Assembly (NCBI GenBank): GCA_965262725.1
Contig: OZ253555.1
Span: 416,001-480,000, forward strand
Reading direction: 5' to 3'
Length of the DNA stretch: 64,000 bases
Source: Dehalococcoidia bacterium
GTDB lineage: Bacteria; Chloroflexota; Dehalococcoidia; UBA2979
Shown: piece by piece, positions 37,442 through 46,055 of the stretch
How positions within the stretch are numbered: the stretch's first letter is position 1
Layout of the letters: each line of letters opens with the position of its first letter
Made by a program: the position numbers and the translations under genes
Notes under the pieces: model-generated
What the model was told of the DNA's origin: nothing
The model's database searches: none
The model's input: the letters and a program-made list of their open reading frames with translations, nothing else

Positions 37442-39983
37442 ACTCTCGTACCTGGCAGAGGTCGTCGCGCCCCGCGATCTGGAGGCGAGCATCGCCTCGG
37501 CGCGGGGGATGTTCGGCGCGCTGGCCGGCGAGTCGATCTCGCTCGAGATCGCGACGGGCGCCGCCGGAGGCCCGCGCTGGTACGTGCGCTCGGGCACGGC
37601 ATCGGGCCTCGACCGCGCGCTCGCGCAGCTGCGCGCGGCCTACCCGCAGGCGCGGGCCGAGCGCATCGCACCGGACCGTGCCGATCTCGATCCGGCCCGT
37701 GTGCTCGGGGCGGAGCAGGCCATCGTGGTCGGGCTGCGGCCCTCCACCGGGGACATCCCCTCGCTCCGCAGCGACTGGCGGAACGAACCCTCACCGCTGA
37801 CCGGGGTGCTGGCGCGGGCGGCGCCGCGGGAAGACGAGCGGGTCGTCTGCCGGCTGACACTCGGCCCCGCTCCGGCCGGGGCGGCCGGCCGCATCCACCG
37901 CCGGGCGGCGCCCGCCGGCGCGCCGCGGCGCGAACCTGCCGGAGACACGGGGCCGAGCCCGGTCCCGCTCGTCGGGGCGCTCGCGATCGCCGCGGCGGGC
38001 CTGCTGGGACGACAGTGGTACCTCGATGGGGAGTGGGCGCTGCTGCTCGCGGGCGGCATCGGCGCCTTCGTCGGGCTGCCGCTCGCGGGAGCGCTCGCCA
38101 TGCGCATGCTGCGCTCCCCCGAACCGCTCCCGCCGAGGGTGGTGGAGCAGAAGCTCGGCTCGCCTCTGGTGAGCGCGAGCCTCGAGGTCCACGCGATCGG
38201 CTGGCATGACTCGGGCCCCGAGCGCCTGCGCCTGCTCGCTCGTGAGACCGCGGCGGCCTACGGCGCCTACGACTCGGCGGGCGGGGGACTGCGCCCCGCG
38301 GCTCCGCACGCGCCGCGCCGCAGGCCGGACCGGAAGCTGCCGCTCCTTCTGAACACCGCCGAGCTCGCCGGCCTCTGGCACCTGCCCGACCAGGCGGGCG
38401 CCCCGGCCGGGATCCGCCGCACGACGGCGCAGCGGCTTCCGCCGGCGCCCGGCCACGCGGCGCGCGGCGCGCGCGTCGGCACCTCAGATGCGGACGGCGG
38501 CGACGCTCCCGTCCACCTCCCCGCGCCGCTCCTGCACCGCAACCAACTGATCGTGGCGAAGACGCGGCGCGGCAAGTCGACGCTGCTCAGGCACCTCGCG
38601 GCCCGCGTGATGGAGGGGGCAGGCGGGGGATCGGACGGGACGGCGCTGGTGGTGGTCGACCCCCACCAGGACCTCGCCGAGGCGGTGCTGGACGCCGTGC
38701 CGCCGGAACTCGCGGACCGCACGACCTACCTCGACTTCGCGAACCTGGAGCGGCCGGTCGGCCTCAACCTGCTCGACGTCTCGCTCTTCCCCGACCGCGA
38801 CCGCACGACCGAGCACATCGTCACGATGATGAACCGCCTCTGGCCGGACAACTGGGGGCCGCGCATGGAGGGCGCGCTGCGGGCATCCCTGCTCGCGCTG
38901 CTCGACGCGAACCGCCACTACGAGCGGGAGGCGCAGTTCACGCTGCTCGACGTCGCGCCGATGCTCACCGACCGGGAGCTGCGCGAGCGCGTGCTCGACC
39001 AGGTGCAGGACCCGGCGGTGCGCGCCTGGTGGCGCGACAACTACGACCGTGCGGGGCGCGTGCTGCAGCAGCAGACCGCGAACCCCGTCACCTCGAAGAT
39101 CGGCCGCTTCACGGTCACGGAGGCATCGCGCCTGGTCTTCGGGCAGGCGCGCTCCACCTTCGATCCGCGCGCGATCGTGCGCGACGGCGGCGTGCTCGTC
39201 GTCAACACCGCCGTCGGCGCGCTCGGCGAGGGCGCCGCCTCGCTCGTGGGGGCGACGCTGCTCAACCTGCTCGGCCTCCTGATCGAGGAGCAGGTGGCGC
39301 TGCCGCCTCAGCACCGGCGGAAGGTGATCGGGCTCATCGACGAGTCGAGCACGCTCGGCGCCGTCGACTACACGCGCATGCTCTCCGAGCTCGGCAAGTA
39401 CGGCGCGAGCTTCGTGCTGGTGACGCAGTCGCTCGCCAAGCTCGACGCCATCGACCGCAACCTCGCCCCGACGATCTTCGCCAACTCCGACGGCCTCACC
39501 GTCTTCGGGGTCAGCGCCGAGGACGCCCGCCGGCTCACGCCGGAGCTGGGAGGCGGGATCGAGGTCCCCGACCTGGTCTCGCTCGACGACTTCACCTGCT
39601 ACGCGCGCTGGTGGGACGGCCGCGCCCGCCCGCCCGCGTTCTCGTTCCGGGTCGACCCGCCGCCGCCGACCGTCCCGGGTCGGGCCCGGGCGATCGCGGC
39701 GCGCTCCGCCGAGCGCGTCGGCAGGCCGCGCGAGCAGGTGGTCGAGGAGATCACGCAGGCGCTCTCGGAGCACTCGCCGTCGAGGTCGTCGGACCGCCGC
39801 GGGCGGAAGTCCCAGGAGGAAGTGGCGGAGGCAGGGCAGGGGAGTGCCGCGGGAGCGGGTGACGACCTCGGAACCCCGACGGGCAGGGCGGAGCGGCGCG
39901 AGAGTCCGGGGACCGCAGGACGGTCGTCCCGCGGCAACGACCACCGCGGCCGCGGCCCCCACCCCCGGGGGCGCCATGCGTGA
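37422..39983 (+). CDS. VirD4/TraD-like type IV coupling ATPase (853 aa, two internal TM segments)
   Basis: AKTRRGKST, VVDPHQDL, WGPRME, IDES and LSELGKYG...TQ. Confidence 0.85.
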   Translation: MSRSRTELSYLAEVVAPRDLEASIASARGMFGALAGESISLEIATGAAGGPRWYVRSGTASGLDRALAQLRAAYPQARAERIAPDRADLDPARVLGAEQAIVVGLRPSTGDIPSLRSDWRNEPSPLTGVLARAAPREDERVVCRLTLGPAPAGAAGRIHRRAAPAGAPRREPAGDTGPSPVPLVGALAIAAAGLLGRQWYLDGEWALLLAGGIGAFVGLPLAGALAMRMLRSPEPLPPRVVEQKLGSPLVSASLEVHAIGWHDSGPERLRLLARETAAAYGAYDSAGGGLRPAAPHAPRRRPDRKLPLLLNTAELAGLWHLPDQAGAPAGIRRTTAQRLPPAPGHAARGARVGTSDADGGDAPVHLPAPLLHRNQLIVAKTRRGKSTLLRHLAARVMEGAGGGSDGTALVVVDPHQDLAEAVLDAVPPELADRTTYLDFANLERPVGLNLLDVSLFPDRDRTTEHIVTMMNRLWPDNWGPRMEGALRASLLALLDANRHYEREAQFTLLDVAPMLTDRELRERVLDQVQDPAVRAWWRDNYDRAGRVLQQQTANPVTSKIGRFTVTEASRLVFGQARSTFDPRAIVRDGGVLVVNTAVGALGEGAASLVGATLLNLLGLLIEEQVALPPQHRRKVIGLIDESSTLGAVDYTRMLSELGKYGASFVLVTQSLAKLDAIDRNLAPTIFANSDGLTVFGVSAEDARRLTPELGGGIEVPDLVSLDDFTCYARWWDGRARPPAFSFRVDPPPPTVPGRARAIAARSAERVGRPREQVVEEITQALSEHSPSRSSDRRGRKSQEEVAEAGQGSAAGAGDDLGTPTGRAERRESPGTAGRSSRGNDHRGRGPHPRGRHA

Positions 39984-41823
39984 CGAACCGGCGCGTCTCG
40001 CACGGGCCCTGGAGTGGATCGCCCGGCTCCCGCTCTGCGGTGAGCCGGAGCTGGCCCGGCTGCTCGGCGTGGATGAGCACGACGCCCGCCGGCTCATCCA
40101 CCTGCTTTCCGCGCAGGGATGGGTCGAGACCGTCGCGGCAGCCTCGCCGGAGCTGGAACCGCGGCGACTCGCCGTCCTGCGGGACGAGGCGGTGCCGGCC
40201 CTGGCGACCGCGTGCGGACGGGATCTCGCCTCGCTCGCGGGCGCCGTCCCCCTCCGCCCGCGCGATCTCTCAAACCGGGTGGCCCGGCTTGAGATCACCG
40301 CCTGCGTGAATCGCTTCCTGGCCGACCTCGCCGACGATCTGGAGAGCTCCAGTATCGCCGAGCTCGCCGACGCGCGGTCGCTCCCGCTCGCCCTGCCCCC
40401 GGCCGGGCGCTGGTGGCTCCCGGACACGGAGGGCTACGGCTGCCTCCGCTCGGGTCCGATCCACGCGCCCTTCCTCGTGGCGTGGGACCGCGCGGCGGCG
40501 CCGGACGTCCATCGCCGCAGGCGGCTGGCCGGGTGGTTCGCGGCGAGCGCCCGTGTCGACAGGCGGTGGGGCACCGAAGGGCTCCCGCCCGTGCTCGTGA
40601 TCTGCCCCTCCGCCCGGGAGTGGCGGGTGTGGGAGGAAGCGCTGGCGAAGCGGGACGGCGTAGGGCCCGGGTCTCCGGACCTGCTCTTCACCACCCGCGA
40701 GGAGCTGCGCGCAGCCGGCTCGGGCGATGCGCGGTGGTGGCGGCCCGACCGCGCGCCGGCGCCGCTCGTCGAGCAGGTCGGATGGGGGGAGGCGCCGACC
40801 CTGGACGCGGTCCGGATCGAACGGCCGCTCGACGACTGCACGCCGCCGCCCCGCCGCGACGGAACATCGCTTGGCAGGCGTGCGTTCGATCAGGCGACGA
40901 GCGGGCAGGTGGGGCCGGACCGGCAACGTCTTGCCGGCCTCGCGCGCGCGACCAGCCCGGCTGAGAAGACCCTCATCGAGTGGGTGGCGCGGCATCCGCT
41001 CCTCACCGCCGCCGATCTCGCGGCGCTCACGAGCGAACCGGCGGGACTGATCAGGCGCCGACTGGAGCGGCTCACGAGCTGCGGCGCGATCGGTGCGGAC
41101 GCGGAATCCGTGGAGACGGGGAGGAACTCCCGTATGAACAGAGCCGACGACCTCGAGTCGCGGTACCTGCTGACCGAGCTGGGAATGCGTTGGCTCGCCG
41201 CTCGGGCCGGCGTGCCTCCGGCCATCTTCGCCAACCACGGGGGAGTCACGTTCGCCTCCGGGGAGCGGACATCCTCCCGGCGAGTGGTCCGGCACCGCGA
41301 GCACACGCTCGGCGTGAACCGCTTCGCCGCTCGCCTGGCCCTCGATGCCAGGGCCGCGGGCTGGCGCCTCGCGGAGTGGCGGAACGAGGCTGAGTCGACG
41401 CACCGCTTCGTGGCGGAGGACGGGCGGATCGCCTGGATCCGTCCAGACGCCTCCGGCCTGCTTGTGCGTGACGCGGAGGCGCGCCCGTTCCTTCTGGAGT
41501 ACGACCGCGGGACGCTCGACTCGGGCGACTACCGCGCGAAATTCGAGGGGTACCGGCGGTACTACGACGCCGCGGCGTGGCGGGGGGAGTTTCCCGGGAA
41601 GCCCGGGCTGGTGTTCGTTTGCACCGACCGCAGCGCAGAGGATCGCGTGGCGCGCCTGGCGAGGTCGGCCTCGCCGGACCTGGCGCTGGTAATGACATGT
41701 GAGTGGCGCGGCGAGCAGGATCCTGCTGGGTTGGCGGGGCCGATCTGGCGGAACCAGCGCGAAGACCGGCGTCGCCGCGCGCTCCCGCCATCGGACGAAG
41801 TCGCCGTGGCGGGCAACCGATGA
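39976..41823 (+). CDS. Replication-relaxation family (MOB_C-like, PD-(D/E)xK) relaxase with two tandem modules
   Basis: C-terminal module HTLGVNRF...IRPDASG...FLLEYDRGT...KFEGYRRYY. N-terminal module is degenerate (FLVAWDR). Confidence 0.8.
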   Translation: MRDEPARLARALEWIARLPLCGEPELARLLGVDEHDARRLIHLLSAQGWVETVAAASPELEPRRLAVLRDEAVPALATACGRDLASLAGAVPLRPRDLSNRVARLEITACVNRFLADLADDLESSSIAELADARSLPLALPPAGRWWLPDTEGYGCLRSGPIHAPFLVAWDRAAAPDVHRRRRLAGWFAASARVDRRWGTEGLPPVLVICPSAREWRVWEEALAKRDGVGPGSPDLLFTTREELRAAGSGDARWWRPDRAPAPLVEQVGWGEAPTLDAVRIERPLDDCTPPPRRDGTSLGRRAFDQATSGQVGPDRQRLAGLARATSPAEKTLIEWVARHPLLTAADLAALTSEPAGLIRRRLERLTSCGAIGADAESVETGRNSRMNRADDLESRYLLTELGMRWLAARAGVPPAIFANHGGVTFASGERTSSRRVVRHREHTLGVNRFAARLALDARAAGWRLAEWRNEAESTHRFVAEDGRIAWIRPDASGLLVRDAEARPFLLEYDRGTLDSGDYRAKFEGYRRYYDAAAWRGEFPGKPGLVFVCTDRSAEDRVARLARSASPDLALVMTCEWRGEQDPAGLAGPIWRNQREDRRRRALPPSDEVAVAGNR

Positions 41824-42956
41824 GCGGCAGGTTGGCCATTCCGCACCCGCCGGACGAGGCTCTGAGAGACGAGCGACTGTTCGCGTATCTCCAGGACGTC
41901 GCCGAGCATCCATTCTCGCTGGCGTTGGAACGCGATGAGCGCCTCGGCCTGAGCCGGTACAACGGCGTGCAGGTCCGCCGACGACTCATCGAACTGGGCT
42001 GCGTGCGTCCGCATCGCGTCTCGACGGGCCGTCGATCGGGGCAGGCCGTGCTGCTCGAACTCACGCCCGTCGGCCGAGAGCACCTGGAGGCAGCTGGCGT
42101 CCGCATAGACCAGCCTGAGGGCCCTCTTGCCTACCGAAGGCGCTACTACGCGAACAGGCTCGCCGGGTACGCGCGCCGCATGTGGCCTGACGCGGCGGTT
42201 GAGATTGGCCGCGGGCTCGACTCGCCCGACCACTCACCGGATGTCGCGGTCATGGTCCCGGGCGGCGGCGACGTGAAGGGAGCCCGGTCCGTCGCCTTCG
42301 AGGTCATCGAGACCGGCGACGCTGGCGGGCTGAACTCGCACCTGCAGGACATTGGTGCTTTCGACGAAGTGTTCCTCTGCGCGGACACGGCGGAAGCCGC
42401 CGCCGACCTGAAGGAGGAGGCGCAGCGCCTCGTGCGGTCGGAGTTCATTCAACGAATCACGTGTACTCCCGTCAGCTCCCTTCTCTCGGCACCAGCCGAG
42501 TCTGGCGTGCAGATGATCGGCACGAGCACTGCCAGGGCGATTCGTGCCATGTCCCGCCGCTCTCGGCCCGATGCTGCTCTCCTGCAACACGTCGTGGAGG
42601 CGTACGGGCATCTTCACGATCTCGATTGGCTGCAGGACTCACCGCTCACCGGGCTCGAGGCTGTTCGAGAGCGGACAAACCCGCTGGCGCCGATGCCGGA
42701 GGCACAGGCGCTGCGCGGGCTGCTCGTGGATGCGGCGCAGCGCGCTGCCGCCCATGCCCGCGAGGTACCGCTTCAGGCGCCGTTGCACCTGTTCCTCACG
42801 CGCTACGTCGAGGGGAAGCGGGTAACCGAGATCGCCGGCGAGCTGGGCGTCAGCCGCGAGTGGTGCTCACGGGCGTACCGCAAGCAGGCGCTGAAGCTCA
42901 CCGGGATGCAGTTCTTGCGGCTGGCGGCCTCCGGGTCGAGGAATGGCAGCCGCTGA
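41820..42956 (+). CDS. wHTH + PD-(D/E)xK-like + C-terminal sigma4-like HTH protein
   Basis: LELTPVG (wHTH wing), SPDVAV...VAFEV and RYVEGKRVTEIAGELGVSREWCSR; ATGA-coupled to the relaxase. Confidence 0.7.
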   Translation: MSGRLAIPHPPDEALRDERLFAYLQDVAEHPFSLALERDERLGLSRYNGVQVRRRLIELGCVRPHRVSTGRRSGQAVLLELTPVGREHLEAAGVRIDQPEGPLAYRRRYYANRLAGYARRMWPDAAVEIGRGLDSPDHSPDVAVMVPGGGDVKGARSVAFEVIETGDAGGLNSHLQDIGAFDEVFLCADTAEAAADLKEEAQRLVRSEFIQRITCTPVSSLLSAPAESGVQMIGTSTARAIRAMSRRSRPDAALLQHVVEAYGHLHDLDWLQDSPLTGLEAVRERTNPLAPMPEAQALRGLLVDAAQRAAAHAREVPLQAPLHLFLTRYVEGKRVTEIAGELGVSREWCSRAYRKQALKLTGMQFLRLAASGSRNGSR

Positions 42957-43014
42957 TGCCCTCTCGTCCGCGCGCGACGCTGTTTCGCAATCTCCCGGCG
43001 AGGCGACCCTGTTG

Positions 43015-43412
43015 AGCTCTCCCTGCCGCGAGATGGATGTCCGCTTCTCGGTCACGGTGCGCCAGCATCCGAAGCTGCGGAGACTCATCGAGGCGATTCC
43101 CGAACAGGAGTGGACGCCGATCCCGTACTGGCTGGAGGGCGGCGCCGATGTCTCAGAGACGACCTACACGCCGTTCGCACACGCGCCGGACGCCGTCCCG
43201 GTGCGGCTCATCGTCCGGCGCGTGCGGCCGACGCCCGGTTCGCAGCTCGCTCTCTTCGCGACGTACAGCTAATGGGAGCCGAACCAGAGGACCAGAGCGA
43301 TCCGGGAGACGCTCGAGCTGGAGGCCGACCATCGCCGCCACGCCGAGGTCGAGAACGCGATCCGCGACCTGAAGTACGGCGTGGGGCTCAATCACCTGCC
43401 GTCCGGCCGCTT
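43015..43412 (+). mobile_element. IS1380-family transposase internal remnant
   Basis: VRFSVTVR...WTPIPY...RLIVRRVRP.PGSQLALF, a stop, then EADHRRHAEVENAIRDLKYGVGLNHLPSGR. Confidence 0.85.
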
Positions 43413-43702
43413 AGCGGGAGCCGATCGCCCGCAGCGGCGGGCGATTGGCGTCGATGGCGTGGATGAGACAGGCCCGGAAGCCCTGGATCGGGCACTCGGG
43501 CAGCATCGGTCTCCCCCGCCCACTTGGGCCTCATCGTCCATGACTCCCACCACATTGGCATCAGCATCCAAACCAGATACCCTGCGTCCAAACTGGAAGG
43601 ACGTGCCTGAGCCGACCCACTGCCTCGACCGTGCAGAGGGTGCGAAATCGGGCGATTTTGAACCTGAACGGAGCGGTTTGGGGAGCACGAGGAACCGCGC
43701 GA

Positions 43703-43746
43703 CTCCCAAGCAGAGGGTCGCGGGTTCGAATCCCGTCTCTCGCTCC
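43703..43746 (+). tRNA. 3' half of tRNA-Gly(CCC), probable attR of the integrated element
   Basis: CTCCCAA-GCAGA-GGGTC-GCGGG-TTCGAAT-CCCGT-CTCTCGC-T. The 5' half (GCGAGAG..., TCTGC) is absent upstream. Confidence 0.88.
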
Positions 43747-44517
43747 TCAAGGAGCGGCAACCCCCCGCTCCCGGGCGACGCGCACGGCGACCTGGTGCGC
43801 CGCGCGCGCGTAGGGGTCGGCGAGCGGCTCGAGCGACGTGGCGCCCGCGCCGTAGCGGTGACGCATCGCTGCGGCGAGGAGGCGATCGGCGAGCGCAGGG
43901 TGCCGCGGCAGGAGCGGGCCGTGGAGGTAGGTGCCCACCGCCTCGGCGCAAAGCGCCCCCTCTGTGCCGTCGACGCCGTTGTTGCCGCGGCCGCGCTCCA
44001 CGCGCGCGAAGGGCCGCGCGTCGGGGCCGAGGTAGGTGTGGCCGGCGTGGTTCTCGAATCCGGCGAGCGGGCCCACGTCCGGCAGCTCGCTGTGCACCAG
44101 CACGTCCCCCACGTGCCGCGGGGCTCCGGGCGCCGGCGCCACCGTCGTGATGTCGAAGACGCCGGCGCCGGGGAGTTCGGCGCCGGCCGACGTCCGGTAG
44201 CCGCGCCCGAAGAGCTGGTAGCCGCCGCAGACGGCGAGCATCGCGACCCCCTCGTCGCGCCAGGCGCGGATCCGCTCGCCGGCGGCGGCGAGCTCGGGCG
44301 CGACGCGCTCCTGCTCGCGGTCCTGCCCGCCGCCTATCAGCAGCAGGTCGGCCTCCTCGGGCAGCGTGTCCCCGAGGCCCACGTCGACGCGCTCAAGAGC
44401 GATCCCCCGGCGGGCGCACCGATCCGCGATCGCGATCACGTTGCCGCGATCGGCGTAGACATCCATCAGGTCGGGGTAGAGGACGATAACGCGGAGGGCC
44501 GGGGATCCGGAGCTCAC
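43747..44517 (-). CDS. gatD: GatD / CobQ-like type 1 glutamine amidotransferase
   Basis: LYPDLMDVYADRGN, GGGQDREQ, AVCGGYQL, GFENH and TYLHGPLLP; GTGA-coupled to murT. Confidence 0.9.
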   Translation of the reverse strand: MSSGSPALRVIVLYPDLMDVYADRGNVIAIADRCARRGIALERVDVGLGDTLPEEADLLLIGGGQDREQERVAPELAAAGERIRAWRDEGVAMLAVCGGYQLFGRGYRTSAGAELPGAGVFDITTVAPAPGAPRHVGDVLVHSELPDVGPLAGFENHAGHTYLGPDARPFARVERGRGNNGVDGTEGALCAEAVGTYLHGPLLPRHPALADRLLAAAMRHRYGAGATSLEPLADPYARAAHQVAVRVARERGVAAP

Positions 44518-46016
44518 GGGCGCACCCCGCCCGGGGGCGCGGGCGACGGCGAGATCGCGGAGAGTGGGGAGCGCTCCCAATAGTGCTCGCGCCCCGCGCG
44601 GCGTGCGAGTTCCTCGCGCAGCTCGAGCATCGCCGTGTAGGTCGCGATGACGGTGAGCGGGGAGCCCGGGGGCGTCGCGGCGAGCGCCGCGTCGAGCGCG
44701 GCCGCGAGGTCGCTCTCCACGCGCTCGGGGGGCACGCCCGCCAGCATCAGGCGCAGGGCCATGTCCTCCGCGCGCAGCCCGGAGGCGACAACGCGGACCC
44801 CCCCGCCTGAGGCCTCCCGCGCCAGCGCCTCCACGTCGGCGTCATATATCCAGGAGGTGTCCCGCCCGTCCTGCACGCCGTCGTTGAGCGCGATCAGCAG
44901 GTGCACCGCCGCCTCCGGGGCCGCGCGCGCGGTCACGGTGCGGATCACCTCGGAGAATCCCGTCGGGTTCTTCGCCAGCAGCACGCGCACGTCGCGCCCG
45001 TCGACGTGGAACACCTCCTGCCGGCCGAAGGCGGGCGAGGCTAAGGCGAGGCTCTGCGCGGCGGCGAGGGGGGAGATGCCCAGGGCGGCCGCGGCGGCCG
45101 CCGCCGCCACCGCGTTGTAGACCGAGTGCATCCCCTCGAGGGGGAGCGTGACGCGGGCGCGCTCCCGCGGGCGGCCGGGCAGTCGCGTGCGGAGCTCGAA
45201 GCGGGCACCGTCGGGACCGAGCGCGACGCTCACCGCCTCCACGTCGGGCTCTGAGCGCTGGCGCCCGCAGGCATCGCAGCACCAGGAGCCGAGATGGCCG
45301 AGCAGGAGCGTCCGGTGCCGGATGGCCCCGCCACAGAGACAGAAGCGTGCGTCGACCGCGACGGGAGAGGAGGTGCCGACCCCGTCCCCGGGCGTCGACT
45401 CGACGCCGAAGCGGATGACGCGGCCTCCGCCGCGCGCCTCGAGCTCCTCGGCGAGCATCGCCACGGAAGGGTCGTCGGCGTTGAGCACGAGCGTGGCCGG
45501 GCGCCCCGGGCCGGCGAGCATTCGCCGCCACCCCTCGGCGACGGAGTCGACCTCGCCGTAGCGGTCGAGCTGGTCCCGGAAGAGGTTGAGGAGCACGACC
45601 ACGCGGGGGGAGAGGCGCGGCGCGAGCAGGGGGAGCACGGCCTCGTCGACCTCGAAGACGCCGACGCGGGAGGAGCCGTCGATCCCGCCGGCCCGGCCTC
45701 CCTCCGCGACCAGCGCGGAGACGAGCCCCCGCTCGAGGTTCGATCCCGAGCCGTTGGTGACGGTGGCGAGGCCCGAGCCCCGCGTGATCGCCGCAAGCAG
45801 GTGCGTCGTCGTCGTCTTCCCGTTGGTGCCGGAGACGCAGATCACGCCGTGCTGAAACGACGACGCCGCGTGGTCGAGGAGTCGCGGCGCCAGCAGCCCG
45901 GTCACGAGCCCGGGCAGCGCGGTCCCCCCGCCGCGGCCCGCGCGGCGGGCGAGGGCGCCGGCGGCACGGCCGGCGAGAACGGCGGCGCGCTCGCGGGGTG
46001 AGGTGGTGTTGCGCAC
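44514..46016 (-). CDS. murT: MurT ligase (lipid II isoglutaminyl synthase subunit)
   Basis: GTNGKTTT, EVDEA, NLFRDQLDRYGE, Cys4 motif, LAKNPTG, DGRDTSWIYD and TYTAML. Confidence 0.92.
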   Translation of the reverse strand: MRNTTSPRERAAVLAGRAAGALARRAGRGGGTALPGLVTGLLAPRLLDHAASSFQHGVICVSGTNGKTTTTHLLAAITRGSGLATVTNGSGSNLERGLVSALVAEGGRAGGIDGSSRVGVFEVDEAVLPLLAPRLSPRVVVLLNLFRDQLDRYGEVDSVAEGWRRMLAGPGRPATLVLNADDPSVAMLAEELEARGGGRVIRFGVESTPGDGVGTSSPVAVDARFCLCGGAIRHRTLLLGHLGSWCCDACGRQRSEPDVEAVSVALGPDGARFELRTRLPGRPRERARVTLPLEGMHSVYNAVAAAAAAAALGISPLAAAQSLALASPAFGRQEVFHVDGRDVRVLLAKNPTGFSEVIRTVTARAAPEAAVHLLIALNDGVQDGRDTSWIYDADVEALAREASGGGVRVVASGLRAEDMALRLMLAGVPPERVESDLAAALDAALAATPPGSPLTVIATYTAMLELREELARRAGREHYWERSPLSAISPSPAPPGGVRP

Positions 46017-46055
46017 GTCCCGATTCTCACACGCGGGCGCGCCGGGCCCGCGGCA

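Larger units (their letters stand above)
11484..43746. mobile_element. Integrative conjugative element / genomic island with Tad pilus and T4SS (minimum extent; left end unresolved)
   Basis: Tad operon, VirB4/VirD4/relaxase operon, integrase remnants further left, the tRNA-Gly fragment at the right edge, and core genes starting immediately after it. Confidence 0.8.

Noticed and set aside
43670-43749. Complete tRNA-Gly gene
   Set aside because: There is no 5' acceptor strand, D-arm or 5' anticodon stem; only the 3' half is present.
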